From the NCBI GenBank assembly GCA_041480785.1, contig JBGPAN010000002.1, positions 1 to 36,204 on the forward strand: DNA of 36,204 nucleotides, read 5' to 3'. Both the position numbers and the translations under genes were made by a program. The notes under the pieces are model-generated. The model saw only the letters and a program-made list of their open reading frames with translations, was not told the DNA's origin and did no database searches. The DNA is from Bacteroidota bacterium. GTDB taxonomy: Bacteria > Bacteroidota > Ignavibacteria > UBA10030. Of this stretch, positions 17,036 through 26,245 are shown piece by piece (position 1 is the first letter of the stretch; each line of letters starts with the position of its first letter).

Positions 17036-19411
17036 ATGCGATACTCCTTCTACCTCGCGCTTGCCGCTTGTCTTATCCACTGCTCAGTTCTTTCACAACT
17101 TCTAGCGCCGAAGGCAGCCAACCCTGTTTCTGCACGCTGGATATCTCCATACGCGGCAGGAGGAACAAATGAGAAGACGCCATGCCCGATCATGCGATCA
17201 ACATTCACACTCAGCGGAAGTGTCACGAGAGGGATCGTACGAACCGTGGGGCTTGGTCATTATGAGCTGTACCTGAACGGCAAACGCGTAGGCAAGACGC
17301 TCATCAAGCAACCGTGGTCGCAGTATAACAAGACGCTCTATTGGCAGGAATTTGATATCAGCAAGCTTCTCCGCCGCGGAGAAAACGTCTGGGGGGTCAT
17401 GCTTGGCAACTCTTTCTGGCATGTGGGCCCGGCAAACGATTCGATGCGGTATGTCAAGACGGACGCAATGCCCGACTTCTCCGCCGGTTATCCTTACCTT
17501 CTCTGGCTTGAGGCCCGGATCATGACGGAAGACGGAAAGGAAGAGGTCATCGTCAGTGATGATTCATGGAAATGGATCGAAGGTCCCCTCACGTTCTCGC
17601 ACATCTATGCCGGAGAAGATTATGACGCACGGCTCTCTCCGGCCGGTTGGAATGCGCTCGGATTCGACGACCGGGACTGGAAGCCTGTTCAGATTGCCCC
17701 GGTTCCTTCCGCGACCCTGGAACGCTACGACGGCCCATTCATGGAAGGGTTTGAAGTCTTCAAACCTGTGAAGGTCGTCTCCCCCGCTCCCGGCGAGTAC
17801 ACGTACGTCTTCACTCAAAACTGTTCTGCTCTCTTGCGGTTTACCGTAACGGGTGCTGGCGGGAAAACCGTTCGTTTCAAACCATGCGAGTACATGGATT
17901 CCACCGGCCACGTCAAGTTCACGTACACCTGGGGAACTCACAAAGATATCTGGCACGACTATACGTCGCGGTCAGCTGGCAACGAGTCACACCAGATTCT
18001 TTTCTGTTATGTGGGGTGTCAGTATGTGGGAGTCACGGGAGCTGTACCGGAGGGGTATCCGAATCCGCAACGACTTCCCGTTGTGAAGAATCTGGAGCTC
18101 GTTCACGTTCGCACGGCCAATCCCCTGGCCGGCACATTCACGTGCTCGAGTGAATTGCAGAACGGCGCGGAGCGGATGATTGACTGGTCCATCCGGTCGA
18201 ACATGAGTTACGTCGCCACGGATTGTCCGCATCGGGAAAAAAACGGGTGGCAGGAAGAAAACTGGCACATGGCCAGAGCCATGAGCTATCGATTCAATAC
18301 GGAACAGTGGCTCGTCAAAATAGCGCACGATCTGCGGGATACACAGCTTCCCGATGGCCACGTGCCTACCAATTGTCCGAACTACCTTGTCGGCATCCCA
18401 CCACACGGATACTGGAACGAGGCTCCCGAGTGGGGCATTTCGTCAGTCCTCGTCCCCTGGCACCTCTATGAGTGGTACGGAAACAAGACCGTTCTCGGGA
18501 CGAATTTCGACAGCATGCGCAAGTTTGTCGATTACCTCTCATCGACCGCAAAGGATGGTATTATCAATAGCAATTTGGGGGATTGGTACGATTACGGCCA
18601 CGGAAAGGGAGACGGACCATCCCAATGGACGCCGAACGAACTCAGCGCAACAGCAATCTGGGCGTTGGGGGCAAAGACCGTCTCACAGGCAGCGACGGTT
18701 TTCGGAAAGACATCCGAGGCAGCGACGTACAAGAAGCTCTTCGATCAGATCAAGCAGGATTTTCAACGGCATTTCTATGATGCAACGACAAAGACGCTGA
18801 AGAACAACGGCTCATGTCAGGCGGCACATAGTGCAGCCTTGTGTGTCGGACTTGTTCCAGAGAAGGATCGTGCGGCGGTTCTGCAGGCAATCGTCGATGA
18901 TCTCGAGAAGCGAAACTGGCAACAGACAGTCGGTGAGGTGCTGCAGGTGTTCTTCATCCGCGCCCTCGCAGAGGGAAACCGAAACGATGTTCTTCATCGC
19001 GTGTACGCGCGTGAAAACCGCGGAAGCTACGGCTACATGGTGAACCAGGGATTCACGTCATTGCCGGAGAGTTGGGATGCCCGACCTGGCACGGGCAACA
19101 GCATGAACCACTTTATGCTGGGGCATTTGATGGAGTGGCATTACGCTTTTGTCGCCGGGATACAACAGCAACCGGGCAGTGTTGGCTGGAAGAAAGTTCT
19201 GATTGCTCCGAATCCGGGCCCGCTGGAAAGTACCTCGGCTTCATTCAATAGCCCATCCGGTATGATAAGAGTCCACTGGAAACAGACGAAGGCGTCGTTC
19301 GCAATGACTGTCACGATCCCCAAAGGGATGGAGGCAACCGCACTCCTTCCGACCGGAGAACGGCATGTTTTGAAGTCCGGGACAACAACGCTGAATTCGA
19401 AAATCAATTAA
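17036..19411 (+). CDS. Alpha-L-rhamnosidase family glycoside hydrolase (GH78-like), secreted
   Basis: Signal peptide. Rhamnosidase N-domain style ARWISP...GLGHYELYLNGKRVG. Catalytic (alpha/alpha)6 block ATDCPHREKNGWQEENW. 791 aa. Confidence 0.8.
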   Translation: MRYSFYLALAACLIHCSVLSQLLAPKAANPVSARWISPYAAGGTNEKTPCPIMRSTFTLSGSVTRGIVRTVGLGHYELYLNGKRVGKTLIKQPWSQYNKTLYWQEFDISKLLRRGENVWGVMLGNSFWHVGPANDSMRYVKTDAMPDFSAGYPYLLWLEARIMTEDGKEEVIVSDDSWKWIEGPLTFSHIYAGEDYDARLSPAGWNALGFDDRDWKPVQIAPVPSATLERYDGPFMEGFEVFKPVKVVSPAPGEYTYVFTQNCSALLRFTVTGAGGKTVRFKPCEYMDSTGHVKFTYTWGTHKDIWHDYTSRSAGNESHQILFCYVGCQYVGVTGAVPEGYPNPQRLPVVKNLELVHVRTANPLAGTFTCSSELQNGAERMIDWSIRSNMSYVATDCPHREKNGWQEENWHMARAMSYRFNTEQWLVKIAHDLRDTQLPDGHVPTNCPNYLVGIPPHGYWNEAPEWGISSVLVPWHLYEWYGNKTVLGTNFDSMRKFVDYLSSTAKDGIINSNLGDWYDYGHGKGDGPSQWTPNELSATAIWALGAKTVSQAATVFGKTSEAATYKKLFDQIKQDFQRHFYDATTKTLKNNGSCQAAHSAALCVGLVPEKDRAAVLQAIVDDLEKRNWQQTVGEVLQVFFIRALAEGNRNDVLHRVYARENRGSYGYMVNQGFTSLPESWDARPGTGNSMNHFMLGHLMEWHYAFVAGIQQQPGSVGWKKVLIAPNPGPLESTSASFNSPSGMIRVHWKQTKASFAMTVTIPKGMEATALLPTGERHVLKSGTTTLNSKIN

Positions 19412-19480
19412 TGGATTTCAGAAGTCGTGCATTTTTGATCACGAGTTGCCTAGAGAATCCATTCTCGCAGGAGACGAGCC

Positions 19481-20830
19481 ATGAAGAATCCAATAGACCG
19501 TCGTGAGTTTCTGCAACGAAGCATGCTGTCAGGTGCCGGGGTTGTTATCACCTCGCTCTTGCCCGCAACACTGAGAGGAAAAGGCATCAGGCAGACAACG
19601 GGAAGCCAAAACAGCGGTGCCTACCTTCTTAGGCCTGCCCGAGTGTTCACTGCTGAGGATGGCAGAATTCATGAGGGATGGGTTGTCCTCGTACGCGGAG
19701 AACGAATCGCGGCCGTCGGTCCATCCACCCAGGTTCCCACCCCGGAAGGTTCAAAGACGATTGAGCTCCCCGGAATGACATTGCTCCCGGGCCTGATGGA
19801 TATTCATTCGCACATTTTTCTTCACCCGTACAACGAAACCCTGTGGAATGATCAGGTATTGAAGGAACCACTCGCCTATCGGACCATCGAAGCTGTCCGG
19901 CACTGTGAACACACATTGATGGCGGGGTTCACCCTGCTGCGCGATCTCGGCACAGAAGGGGCAGGGTACGGAGACGTCTCGGTACAACGCGCCATTCGCG
20001 AAGGAATGATCCCGGGTCCACGACTGCTGGTTGCAACACGAGCGATTGTTGCCACGGCAAGTTACGGACCGGGGCCGGATGGATTTGCACCCGACCTGGT
20101 TTTGCCAAAAGGAGCTCAGGAGGTAAGTGGTCAGACCGAGATGATCAAAGCTGTGCGCGAACAGATTGGACAGGGAGCCGATTGGGTCAAAGTCTATGCC
20201 GACTACCGTCATGGTGTGAGCGGGACTGTTCCAACATTCAGCGAGGAAGAATTGCGCACGTTAGTAACGGAAGCTCATACAGCCGGCAGGCCCGTTTCCG
20301 CCCACGCCACCACACCCGAGGGAATGCGGCGCGCAACGGTGGCGGGAGCTGATTCGATTGAACACGGATACGGCGGCACAGAAGAGGTGTTCCGACTCAT
20401 GGCGCAACACGGTACAGCGTTCCTTCCTACTTTGACTGCGGAAGAAGCTTATGCAGAGTACTTCAATGGATACAAACAGGGAGGGCCATTGACCACCGGA
20501 ATGCAGCAGGCGCTGCATGCTTTCAAGATTGCGATGGACGCCGGAGTTACTATTGGCTTGGGAAGTGATGTTGGTGTTTTCGCACACGGAACCAACTATC
20601 GTGAGCTGGAGTGGATGGTGCGCGGCGGCATGAGCACAACGCAAGCCCTTCTGGCAGCCACAGCGGTGAATGCCAGGATCATTCGCATGCAGGATGTGGT
20701 CGGGCGCATCGTTCCCAATCTGTACGCCGACCTGATTGCTGTGAATGGTGATCCGACTCAGGACGCGAAAGCCGCGCGCGATGTGCCTTTCGTTATGAAA
20801 GGCGGAAACATCTTCAAGAACCGTTCGTAA
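19481..20830 (+). CDS. Tat-exported metal-dependent amidohydrolase (COG1228-type), paralog of 14962-16266
   Basis: AGGAGA upstream. Twin-arginine signal DRREFLQRSMLSGAGVVITSLL. Ligand blocks PGLMDIHSHIF, WVKVYAD, SAHAT, SIEHG, GLGSDVG. Confidence 0.85.
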   Translation: MKNPIDRREFLQRSMLSGAGVVITSLLPATLRGKGIRQTTGSQNSGAYLLRPARVFTAEDGRIHEGWVVLVRGERIAAVGPSTQVPTPEGSKTIELPGMTLLPGLMDIHSHIFLHPYNETLWNDQVLKEPLAYRTIEAVRHCEHTLMAGFTLLRDLGTEGAGYGDVSVQRAIREGMIPGPRLLVATRAIVATASYGPGPDGFAPDLVLPKGAQEVSGQTEMIKAVREQIGQGADWVKVYADYRHGVSGTVPTFSEEELRTLVTEAHTAGRPVSAHATTPEGMRRATVAGADSIEHGYGGTEEVFRLMAQHGTAFLPTLTAEEAYAEYFNGYKQGGPLTTGMQQALHAFKIAMDAGVTIGLGSDVGVFAHGTNYRELEWMVRGGMSTTQALLAATAVNARIIRMQDVVGRIVPNLYADLIAVNGDPTQDAKAARDVPFVMKGGNIFKNRS

Positions 20831-20862
20831 GTTTACTATCGATCACCATCAGGTAGCTCCTC

Positions 20863-22254
20863 GTGAGATTTCTCAAGCGCTCGTCAGTTGCACCATTGCT
20901 CGTATCACTGTTGCTTTTCTTCCCGCCCTTTTCCCTCGCCCAAAAGAAAACGACCGAGGTGAAGAGCTCTGAGCCCGACGTGACACGGTTGAGCCGTGGA
21001 CTTGCATATTCCATTCAGCGTTTTGCAGACAGCACTCTGCAGACCAAACGGCACTATTCGGATTCGCTCGTAGCTGCAGTGGCATTCATGACAAAGAATG
21101 CGACAACCCAAATTGATCTGCTGGCAGACTCCCTGATCACATCGGCTCATGATTCCCTCGACACTCCTCGGAAAGACACTCTTCGGTTCGTAACAAAGTT
21201 TCTGCAACAACAGCTTCTTGCATTCGGGGACACCGCGAAACAGGCTGTCAGCGGTCCCATTTCCAATTTTTTCGGTGAGTTCACGAAGGGTAAGAACACA
21301 TACTCCGTGTGCGACAGCTGTGAAAGCGGTTCTGATTTCGATGATCGTTTCGAACAATTCCACGCGTTTGTTGACAGCCTCCACGACGTATTCAACGATA
21401 CAACGGCTGCACTGATGGACGATCGCAAAGATGCTTTTCAGGACAGGTACGATACTATCCACGATTCTCTGGCCGATCTCCGGGACAACCTGATCGAAAA
21501 CCGTTTGAATGAAATCGACTATCAGCGCTACGTCGCAACTCGTCTCACCGTTTCAGCAGGCTATTCGAGTCGCACTACGTACCGCGGCCGCGACAATGGA
21601 TTACCCCAGCAAATGATCAGCCCTTCGCTGGCGTTTCATCATAAGTCAGGGTTTGGCATCGAGGTATCGACGTATTGGCTTGATCAAACACCGAAGCGAT
21701 GGGACGATGTAGCTGCTTCAGTAAGCTACGAATTCACTGTGGGGAGCCTCCTCGGTGGAGAGCTTTTCTATAGTCACTTCTGGTTCAGCGACAGCAGCCG
21801 ATCGGCAAAATCGGTTTTCAAGAATGATTTCGGTGCCAGCCTTTCGCTGAACTGGCCAGTTCTCACGTTTTCCGTCGACGGAGATCTTGCGACCGGCGAT
21901 GCTTCTGAATTCACCCTGGCTGTTTCTGCGTCTCACGAATTCGAAATCCCGCTGACACTCTACAACACCATCTCTTTCGCACCTGCCTTGACCGCAATTA
22001 TTGGTGAGCAGAATAGCACGTTGACGACGCTACGGAAGGGACCCAAAGGGAAAAAAATCGTCGGTGTCCAAACACAAACCAGCAACACATTTGGTGTCCT
22101 TGATTATGAAGCGTCTCTCCCCGTCACCATCGTCCTGGGGCAGTTCACGCTTTCTCCTTCCGTGATCTACATCGTGCCATTGAATGTCGTTGATCAGAGT
22201 ACAACAAAGTCATTTGTCGACTTCGAAATAGGAGTTAGTTTAGCATTTCATTGA
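20863..22254 (+). CDS. Secreted protein of unknown function: Asp-rich helical N-domain plus beta-barrel-like C-domain (putative outer-membrane protein)
   Basis: GTG start. Signal peptide RFLKRSSVAPLLVSLLLFFPPFSLAQ. The C-terminal ~230 aa show alternating amphipathic strands and end in ..FEIGVSLAFH. Confidence 0.6.
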   Translation: MRFLKRSSVAPLLVSLLLFFPPFSLAQKKTTEVKSSEPDVTRLSRGLAYSIQRFADSTLQTKRHYSDSLVAAVAFMTKNATTQIDLLADSLITSAHDSLDTPRKDTLRFVTKFLQQQLLAFGDTAKQAVSGPISNFFGEFTKGKNTYSVCDSCESGSDFDDRFEQFHAFVDSLHDVFNDTTAALMDDRKDAFQDRYDTIHDSLADLRDNLIENRLNEIDYQRYVATRLTVSAGYSSRTTYRGRDNGLPQQMISPSLAFHHKSGFGIEVSTYWLDQTPKRWDDVAASVSYEFTVGSLLGGELFYSHFWFSDSSRSAKSVFKNDFGASLSLNWPVLTFSVDGDLATGDASEFTLAVSASHEFEIPLTLYNTISFAPALTAIIGEQNSTLTTLRKGPKGKKIVGVQTQTSNTFGVLDYEASLPVTIVLGQFTLSPSVIYIVPLNVVDQSTTKSFVDFEIGVSLAFH

Positions 22255-22406
22255 GCGACTTGCGTCGTTGCTGCCTATAAGCCGAGTTGAATAAGCTGCC
22301 TATGGGTTTGTGCAAGGAACGTCAAGGTCTGCACGACGCTGAGGCTTGCCACAGCAGCGGTTCGCAACTTCGCGTACCGCATTTCTTTCACCAAACTACT
22401 ATCCCG

Positions 22407-23231
22407 ATGCCTGAGTCCAACGAACATGACAGCTATTTGCTGGGAGTGAACCAGCAGGAGCTCGAACGGCTTCAGTTTCAACACGGCGTTTGGGGCCCCG
22501 TCACGAAGAAGTTTCTCGGGCGACTGAATGTTGGGAAAGGATGGCGATGTCTTGATGTTGGCGCGGGCCCCGGGCTCGTGTCGATGGATCTGCGGGAAAT
22601 AGTCGGTGAAACAGGCGAAGTCACTGCGCTCGACCCTTCACTATTCTACCTGGAGTGGCTCAGAAAACAGGCCAGCGACAATGAGTGGGCAAACGTACAA
22701 TGCGTTCAAGGAACAGCGGAAAGTGTCGATCTTCCGTCCCGATACTATGATCTCATCTTCGTCCGGTGGGTCATTGCGTTTGTCCCTGATCCAGAGAAGT
22801 TTCTCGTTCCTCTTTTCTCGTTTTTGCGAACGGGCGGCATCATTGCGATTCAGGACTACTATTACGAAGGCCTCTCGTTGTTTCCCCACGGCGGACCCTG
22901 GGATGCGATGCCCGACATTGTCCGTGCCTACTATCGGTCCGGTGGGGGAGATGCGTACGTAACAGCAAGGATCCCGACCATATTCCGAAAGCACGGCCTC
23001 AAAGTTGTGGACTTCACCCCCACCTGCCTCTCCGGAGGACCGACAAGCGGTGTAATGGAATGGGCACACAGATTCTTTTCGAATCATGTGCCGTTGATGG
23101 GACAAAAAGGTGTGATTTCATCCGGTCAAGCCGAAGCGTTGATGGCCGATTGGAATGCTCACCGCCAGAATCCTGATGCTTTATTCTTTTCTCCTTTGGT
23201 TGTTGACATCGCCGGTTCGTTGTCACGATGA
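22407..23231 (+). CDS. Class I SAM-dependent methyltransferase
   Basis: Motif I CLDVGAGPGLVSMDL. N-terminal YLLGVNQQELERLQFQH block typical of this subgroup. The start at 22407 is chosen by homology-style reasoning. Upstream in-frame starts at 22302 and 22287 are possible. Confidence 0.8.
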   Translation: MPESNEHDSYLLGVNQQELERLQFQHGVWGPVTKKFLGRLNVGKGWRCLDVGAGPGLVSMDLREIVGETGEVTALDPSLFYLEWLRKQASDNEWANVQCVQGTAESVDLPSRYYDLIFVRWVIAFVPDPEKFLVPLFSFLRTGGIIAIQDYYYEGLSLFPHGGPWDAMPDIVRAYYRSGGGDAYVTARIPTIFRKHGLKVVDFTPTCLSGGPTSGVMEWAHRFFSNHVPLMGQKGVISSGQAEALMADWNAHRQNPDALFFSPLVVDIAGSLSR

Positions 23232-24328
23232 ACAAGCTTATCCCATTTTCGATTTCTGCGCTTCTGCTGCTCGGGATTGAAAGCAGTGATGTCCGCCCGC
23301 ACCAACACCTCCCTCTCGTTCAATCGACCTCGCCCTCGATCACGGATCTCGTTCTGATCTACCAGGGCGGCACTCATCGACCGGATTGGACAGTCAACCA
23401 GCTCCTTCCCTACGTTGCTTACAGAGACTCGCTCAACAAACGGGAGCAGTGGCTGTTCGATGGTTTCCTCTTTATTGAATTCAAAGACAACCGCGGTTTT
23501 GAGTTTGCCCATGGATATAGGCAGCGCCCTGCGCGAAAAGAAGAGTGGTTGTGGCTCCTATCGCGAAACTTTGAACCGCATCACGCAATTGAAGCCCTTG
23601 ACCAGGCCTGTGCGTTTGTTACGTCGCGAATAGGAGACCCACGGCGCAAGCGCGCGGTCGTCCTGACTCTTCCTGAGCCTATCGTCGGGCAGAAGGATTG
23701 GGGAGAACTCGATGGAAAGGCTCTGGACTTTGCCCGTCCTCAGGATCGAATTGATGCGTGCCTGTGGTATATCGACAAAGCACTCGAACGATGGAATGCG
23801 TTGGCTCCGAAGAATCTTGAGCTTGCTGGATTCTACTGGGTCGCCGAATACGGGTCTGAATCGAATGAGATTCTTCCTCGCATCGGAGCATCAATACAAA
23901 GCAAAGGGAGGCGTTTCTATTGGATTCCATACTGGAACGCTCCATACGCAGGCAAATGGAAATCGCTGGGTTTCGACAAAGCGTATCAACAGCCCAATCA
24001 CTTTTTTCATCCCGAAGTACCTGACAGCCGCCTGGATGAGGCCTGCAGGTACGCTTATGATCATGCGATGGGACTCGAAATGGAGTTCGATGCACGAGCC
24101 CTGACGGCGCCTGTGTTTCGACCACGTTTCTATTCTTACCTGGAGTCTTTCAGGAAAAATTCCGTCATTGATTCATCCGCAATTGCCTACTACGAAGGAG
24201 GGGGCACCCTCCTGACAATGGCGAACTCCCGCATTCCTGCTGAGAGGGCTCTGTACGATACACTTGCCTCTCTCATCGCGACACGTCAACAACGAGCGGA
24301 TTATGTTCAACTCCGGAGGGTTCCTTAA
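23228..24328 (+). CDS. Uncharacterised protein, possibly DUF4855-like (tentative)
   Basis: 366-aa ORF whose ATG overlaps the methyltransferase stop (ATGA). N-terminal hydrophobic leader. Blocks FLFIEFKD, FYWVAEYG, FYWIPYWNAPYAG. The family assignment is from memory only and is unverified. Confidence 0.65.
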   Translation: MNKLIPFSISALLLLGIESSDVRPHQHLPLVQSTSPSITDLVLIYQGGTHRPDWTVNQLLPYVAYRDSLNKREQWLFDGFLFIEFKDNRGFEFAHGYRQRPARKEEWLWLLSRNFEPHHAIEALDQACAFVTSRIGDPRRKRAVVLTLPEPIVGQKDWGELDGKALDFARPQDRIDACLWYIDKALERWNALAPKNLELAGFYWVAEYGSESNEILPRIGASIQSKGRRFYWIPYWNAPYAGKWKSLGFDKAYQQPNHFFHPEVPDSRLDEACRYAYDHAMGLEMEFDARALTAPVFRPRFYSYLESFRKNSVIDSSAIAYYEGGGTLLTMANSRIPAERALYDTLASLIATRQQRADYVQLRRVP

Positions 24329-26121
24329 TGAAATCAGCTGTACGATTACTTGTTGCTCTTCTCCTCCCCGCACTCACATGCTCCCAGACCCCAATTATCG
24401 AATACAAGCTTGGCATGTCCAAGCCGTGGACGCATCTCCTCGAGGTGGAGCTGACGGTCAAGGGCGTACCTTCCTCTCCGGCAACGCTCGACTTCGTTCT
24501 ACCCATCTGGCGCACAGGGCGATACATTGTGTTCGATTTCGCCGGCGGGGTTCAGGAATTTTCGGCAACTGATGGCTCCGGTACCCCCATCCGCTGGACG
24601 AAGACAGATAAGTCAACCTGGCGCGTGGAAAAGGGGCGCGCAACGGGAGTAACCATCCGCTACAAGGTGTATGCAAACGAATTTGAACAACGAACACGCG
24701 GTTTGAACGACGAGCATGCATTTGTCGACGGATGCGCTGTGTTCATGTTCCTCCTGCAATACCGAGACCTCCCTCTCACGTTGACGGTCGTCCCTTACCG
24801 GGATTGGCATGTGACGACAGGACTCGACGCTTTGCCCGGGGAGAAGTTCAGATTCCGCGCACCAAACTACGATTACCTTGTCGACAGCCCGCTGGAGATC
24901 GGCAACCAGAAGGATTTCGAATTTGAAGCCGAAGGAAAGAAACATGTGTTGACCATCTTTGGTCCAGGCAACTATGATCCCGACAAGATGATGGCAGACA
25001 TCAGCAAGATTGTGAAGATCAACAAGGAATTCTGGGGCGACTTGCCCTATGAGCGCTATGTATTCCAGCTCCACCTTGGCCTTGACGGCGGAGGAGCGAC
25101 AGAGCATATCAACTCTACCATCATGCAGACGGGACCGTTTGGGTTTAAGAATCCCAACTCCTATCGAGGCTTCCTGGGTCTTGTGTCACATGAGTATTTC
25201 CACACCTGGAACGTTAAACAGCTTCGGCCCAAAGGCCTTCTTCCGTACGACTACACCAAAGAGAACTATGTGAAAGAGCTTTGGATTGCAGAAGGAACAA
25301 CATCATACTATGGCAGTGTGTTGATGTTCCGAGCTGGTTTCAATCCTGCCCAAGCTGTCTTCGACTGGATCGCCAACACCGTGCAACAGGACCGCCTGCG
25401 CCCCGGAAACCGTGTGCAGTCTGCAACAGAAGCGAGCTTTGACTCCTGGGTGAAAGGGAGAGGAACTCAACAATCCTACAATTCTGAAACAGACATTTAC
25501 GGCAAGGGCGCCACCGTGAGTCTTGTGCTTGACCTCGAAATCCGGCAGCGCTCGAACAACAAGTACTCCCTTGATGATGTCATGCGCACGCTTTACAAGC
25601 GTTTCCCGCTCAGCGGTCATGGTTACACGGTTGACGATTTCCAATCCGTCGCCGAGCATCTTGCAGGAAGCAGTCTCAAGAAATTCTTCGAAGACTACGT
25701 CCACGGCACTACCCCTATCGATTGGGAACGCTCTTTGGGATACGCGGGCCTGCAACTTCAGGCGAGGGATGCCGAGCGAATGCCCTGGCTTGGAATGCAG
25801 ACAATCGAGCAAGAGAATAGAACACGCGTCATGAGCGTACTTGCGGGCTCCCCTGCTTACGATGCGGGGGTAGATGTTGGAGACGAGGTCGTTGCCTTGA
25901 ACGGTCTCCGTGTCCGAACCGGCGACTTGCAGGAACGTCTTGCGGACTACAAACCCGGAGACAAAGTCAGACTGACAGTATTTCGCAGAGACCGCCTGCG
26001 GGAATTCGAAATAGCGCTTCGGCTCCAGGATGTCCCTCCATACTGGGTTTCAAAAGTCGAACAGCCAACACCGCTGCAGAAATCGATTTTTGAGTCCTGG
26101 CTGAAGACAACCTGGGATTAG
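24328..26121 (+). CDS. M61 glycyl-aminopeptidase family metallopeptidase with C-terminal PDZ domain
   Basis: GGAGGG upstream. The start overlaps the preceding stop (TAATG). Signal peptide. Zinc motif HEYFHTWNVKQLRP plus LWIAEGTTSYY. PDZ block VLAGSPAYDAGVDVGDEVVALNG. Confidence 0.9.
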   Translation: MKSAVRLLVALLLPALTCSQTPIIEYKLGMSKPWTHLLEVELTVKGVPSSPATLDFVLPIWRTGRYIVFDFAGGVQEFSATDGSGTPIRWTKTDKSTWRVEKGRATGVTIRYKVYANEFEQRTRGLNDEHAFVDGCAVFMFLLQYRDLPLTLTVVPYRDWHVTTGLDALPGEKFRFRAPNYDYLVDSPLEIGNQKDFEFEAEGKKHVLTIFGPGNYDPDKMMADISKIVKINKEFWGDLPYERYVFQLHLGLDGGGATEHINSTIMQTGPFGFKNPNSYRGFLGLVSHEYFHTWNVKQLRPKGLLPYDYTKENYVKELWIAEGTTSYYGSVLMFRAGFNPAQAVFDWIANTVQQDRLRPGNRVQSATEASFDSWVKGRGTQQSYNSETDIYGKGATVSLVLDLEIRQRSNNKYSLDDVMRTLYKRFPLSGHGYTVDDFQSVAEHLAGSSLKKFFEDYVHGTTPIDWERSLGYAGLQLQARDAERMPWLGMQTIEQENRTRVMSVLAGSPAYDAGVDVGDEVVALNGLRVRTGDLQERLADYKPGDKVRLTVFRRDRLREFEIALRLQDVPPYWVSKVEQPTPLQKSIFESWLKTTWD

Positions 26122-26245
26122 ATTTGTTGACGTACACACGTCGGGACACTTCTTGTGCTTCCATGGCACACTGTTCCTGCATGCGTTTCTCTGGCGCACA
26201 CGATCGTCGACTTAGCGCTTTCATTTTTGCTACCGGAGGATTTCA

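Noticed and set aside
19410-19463. Nested inverted repeats after the GH78 stop: AATGGATT/AATCCATT (8 bp) enclosing TCGTG/CACGA (5 bp).
   Set aside because: The stems are short and AT-rich, the outer loop is large, and no trailing T-tract follows. This is not distinguishable from chance or a weak terminator.
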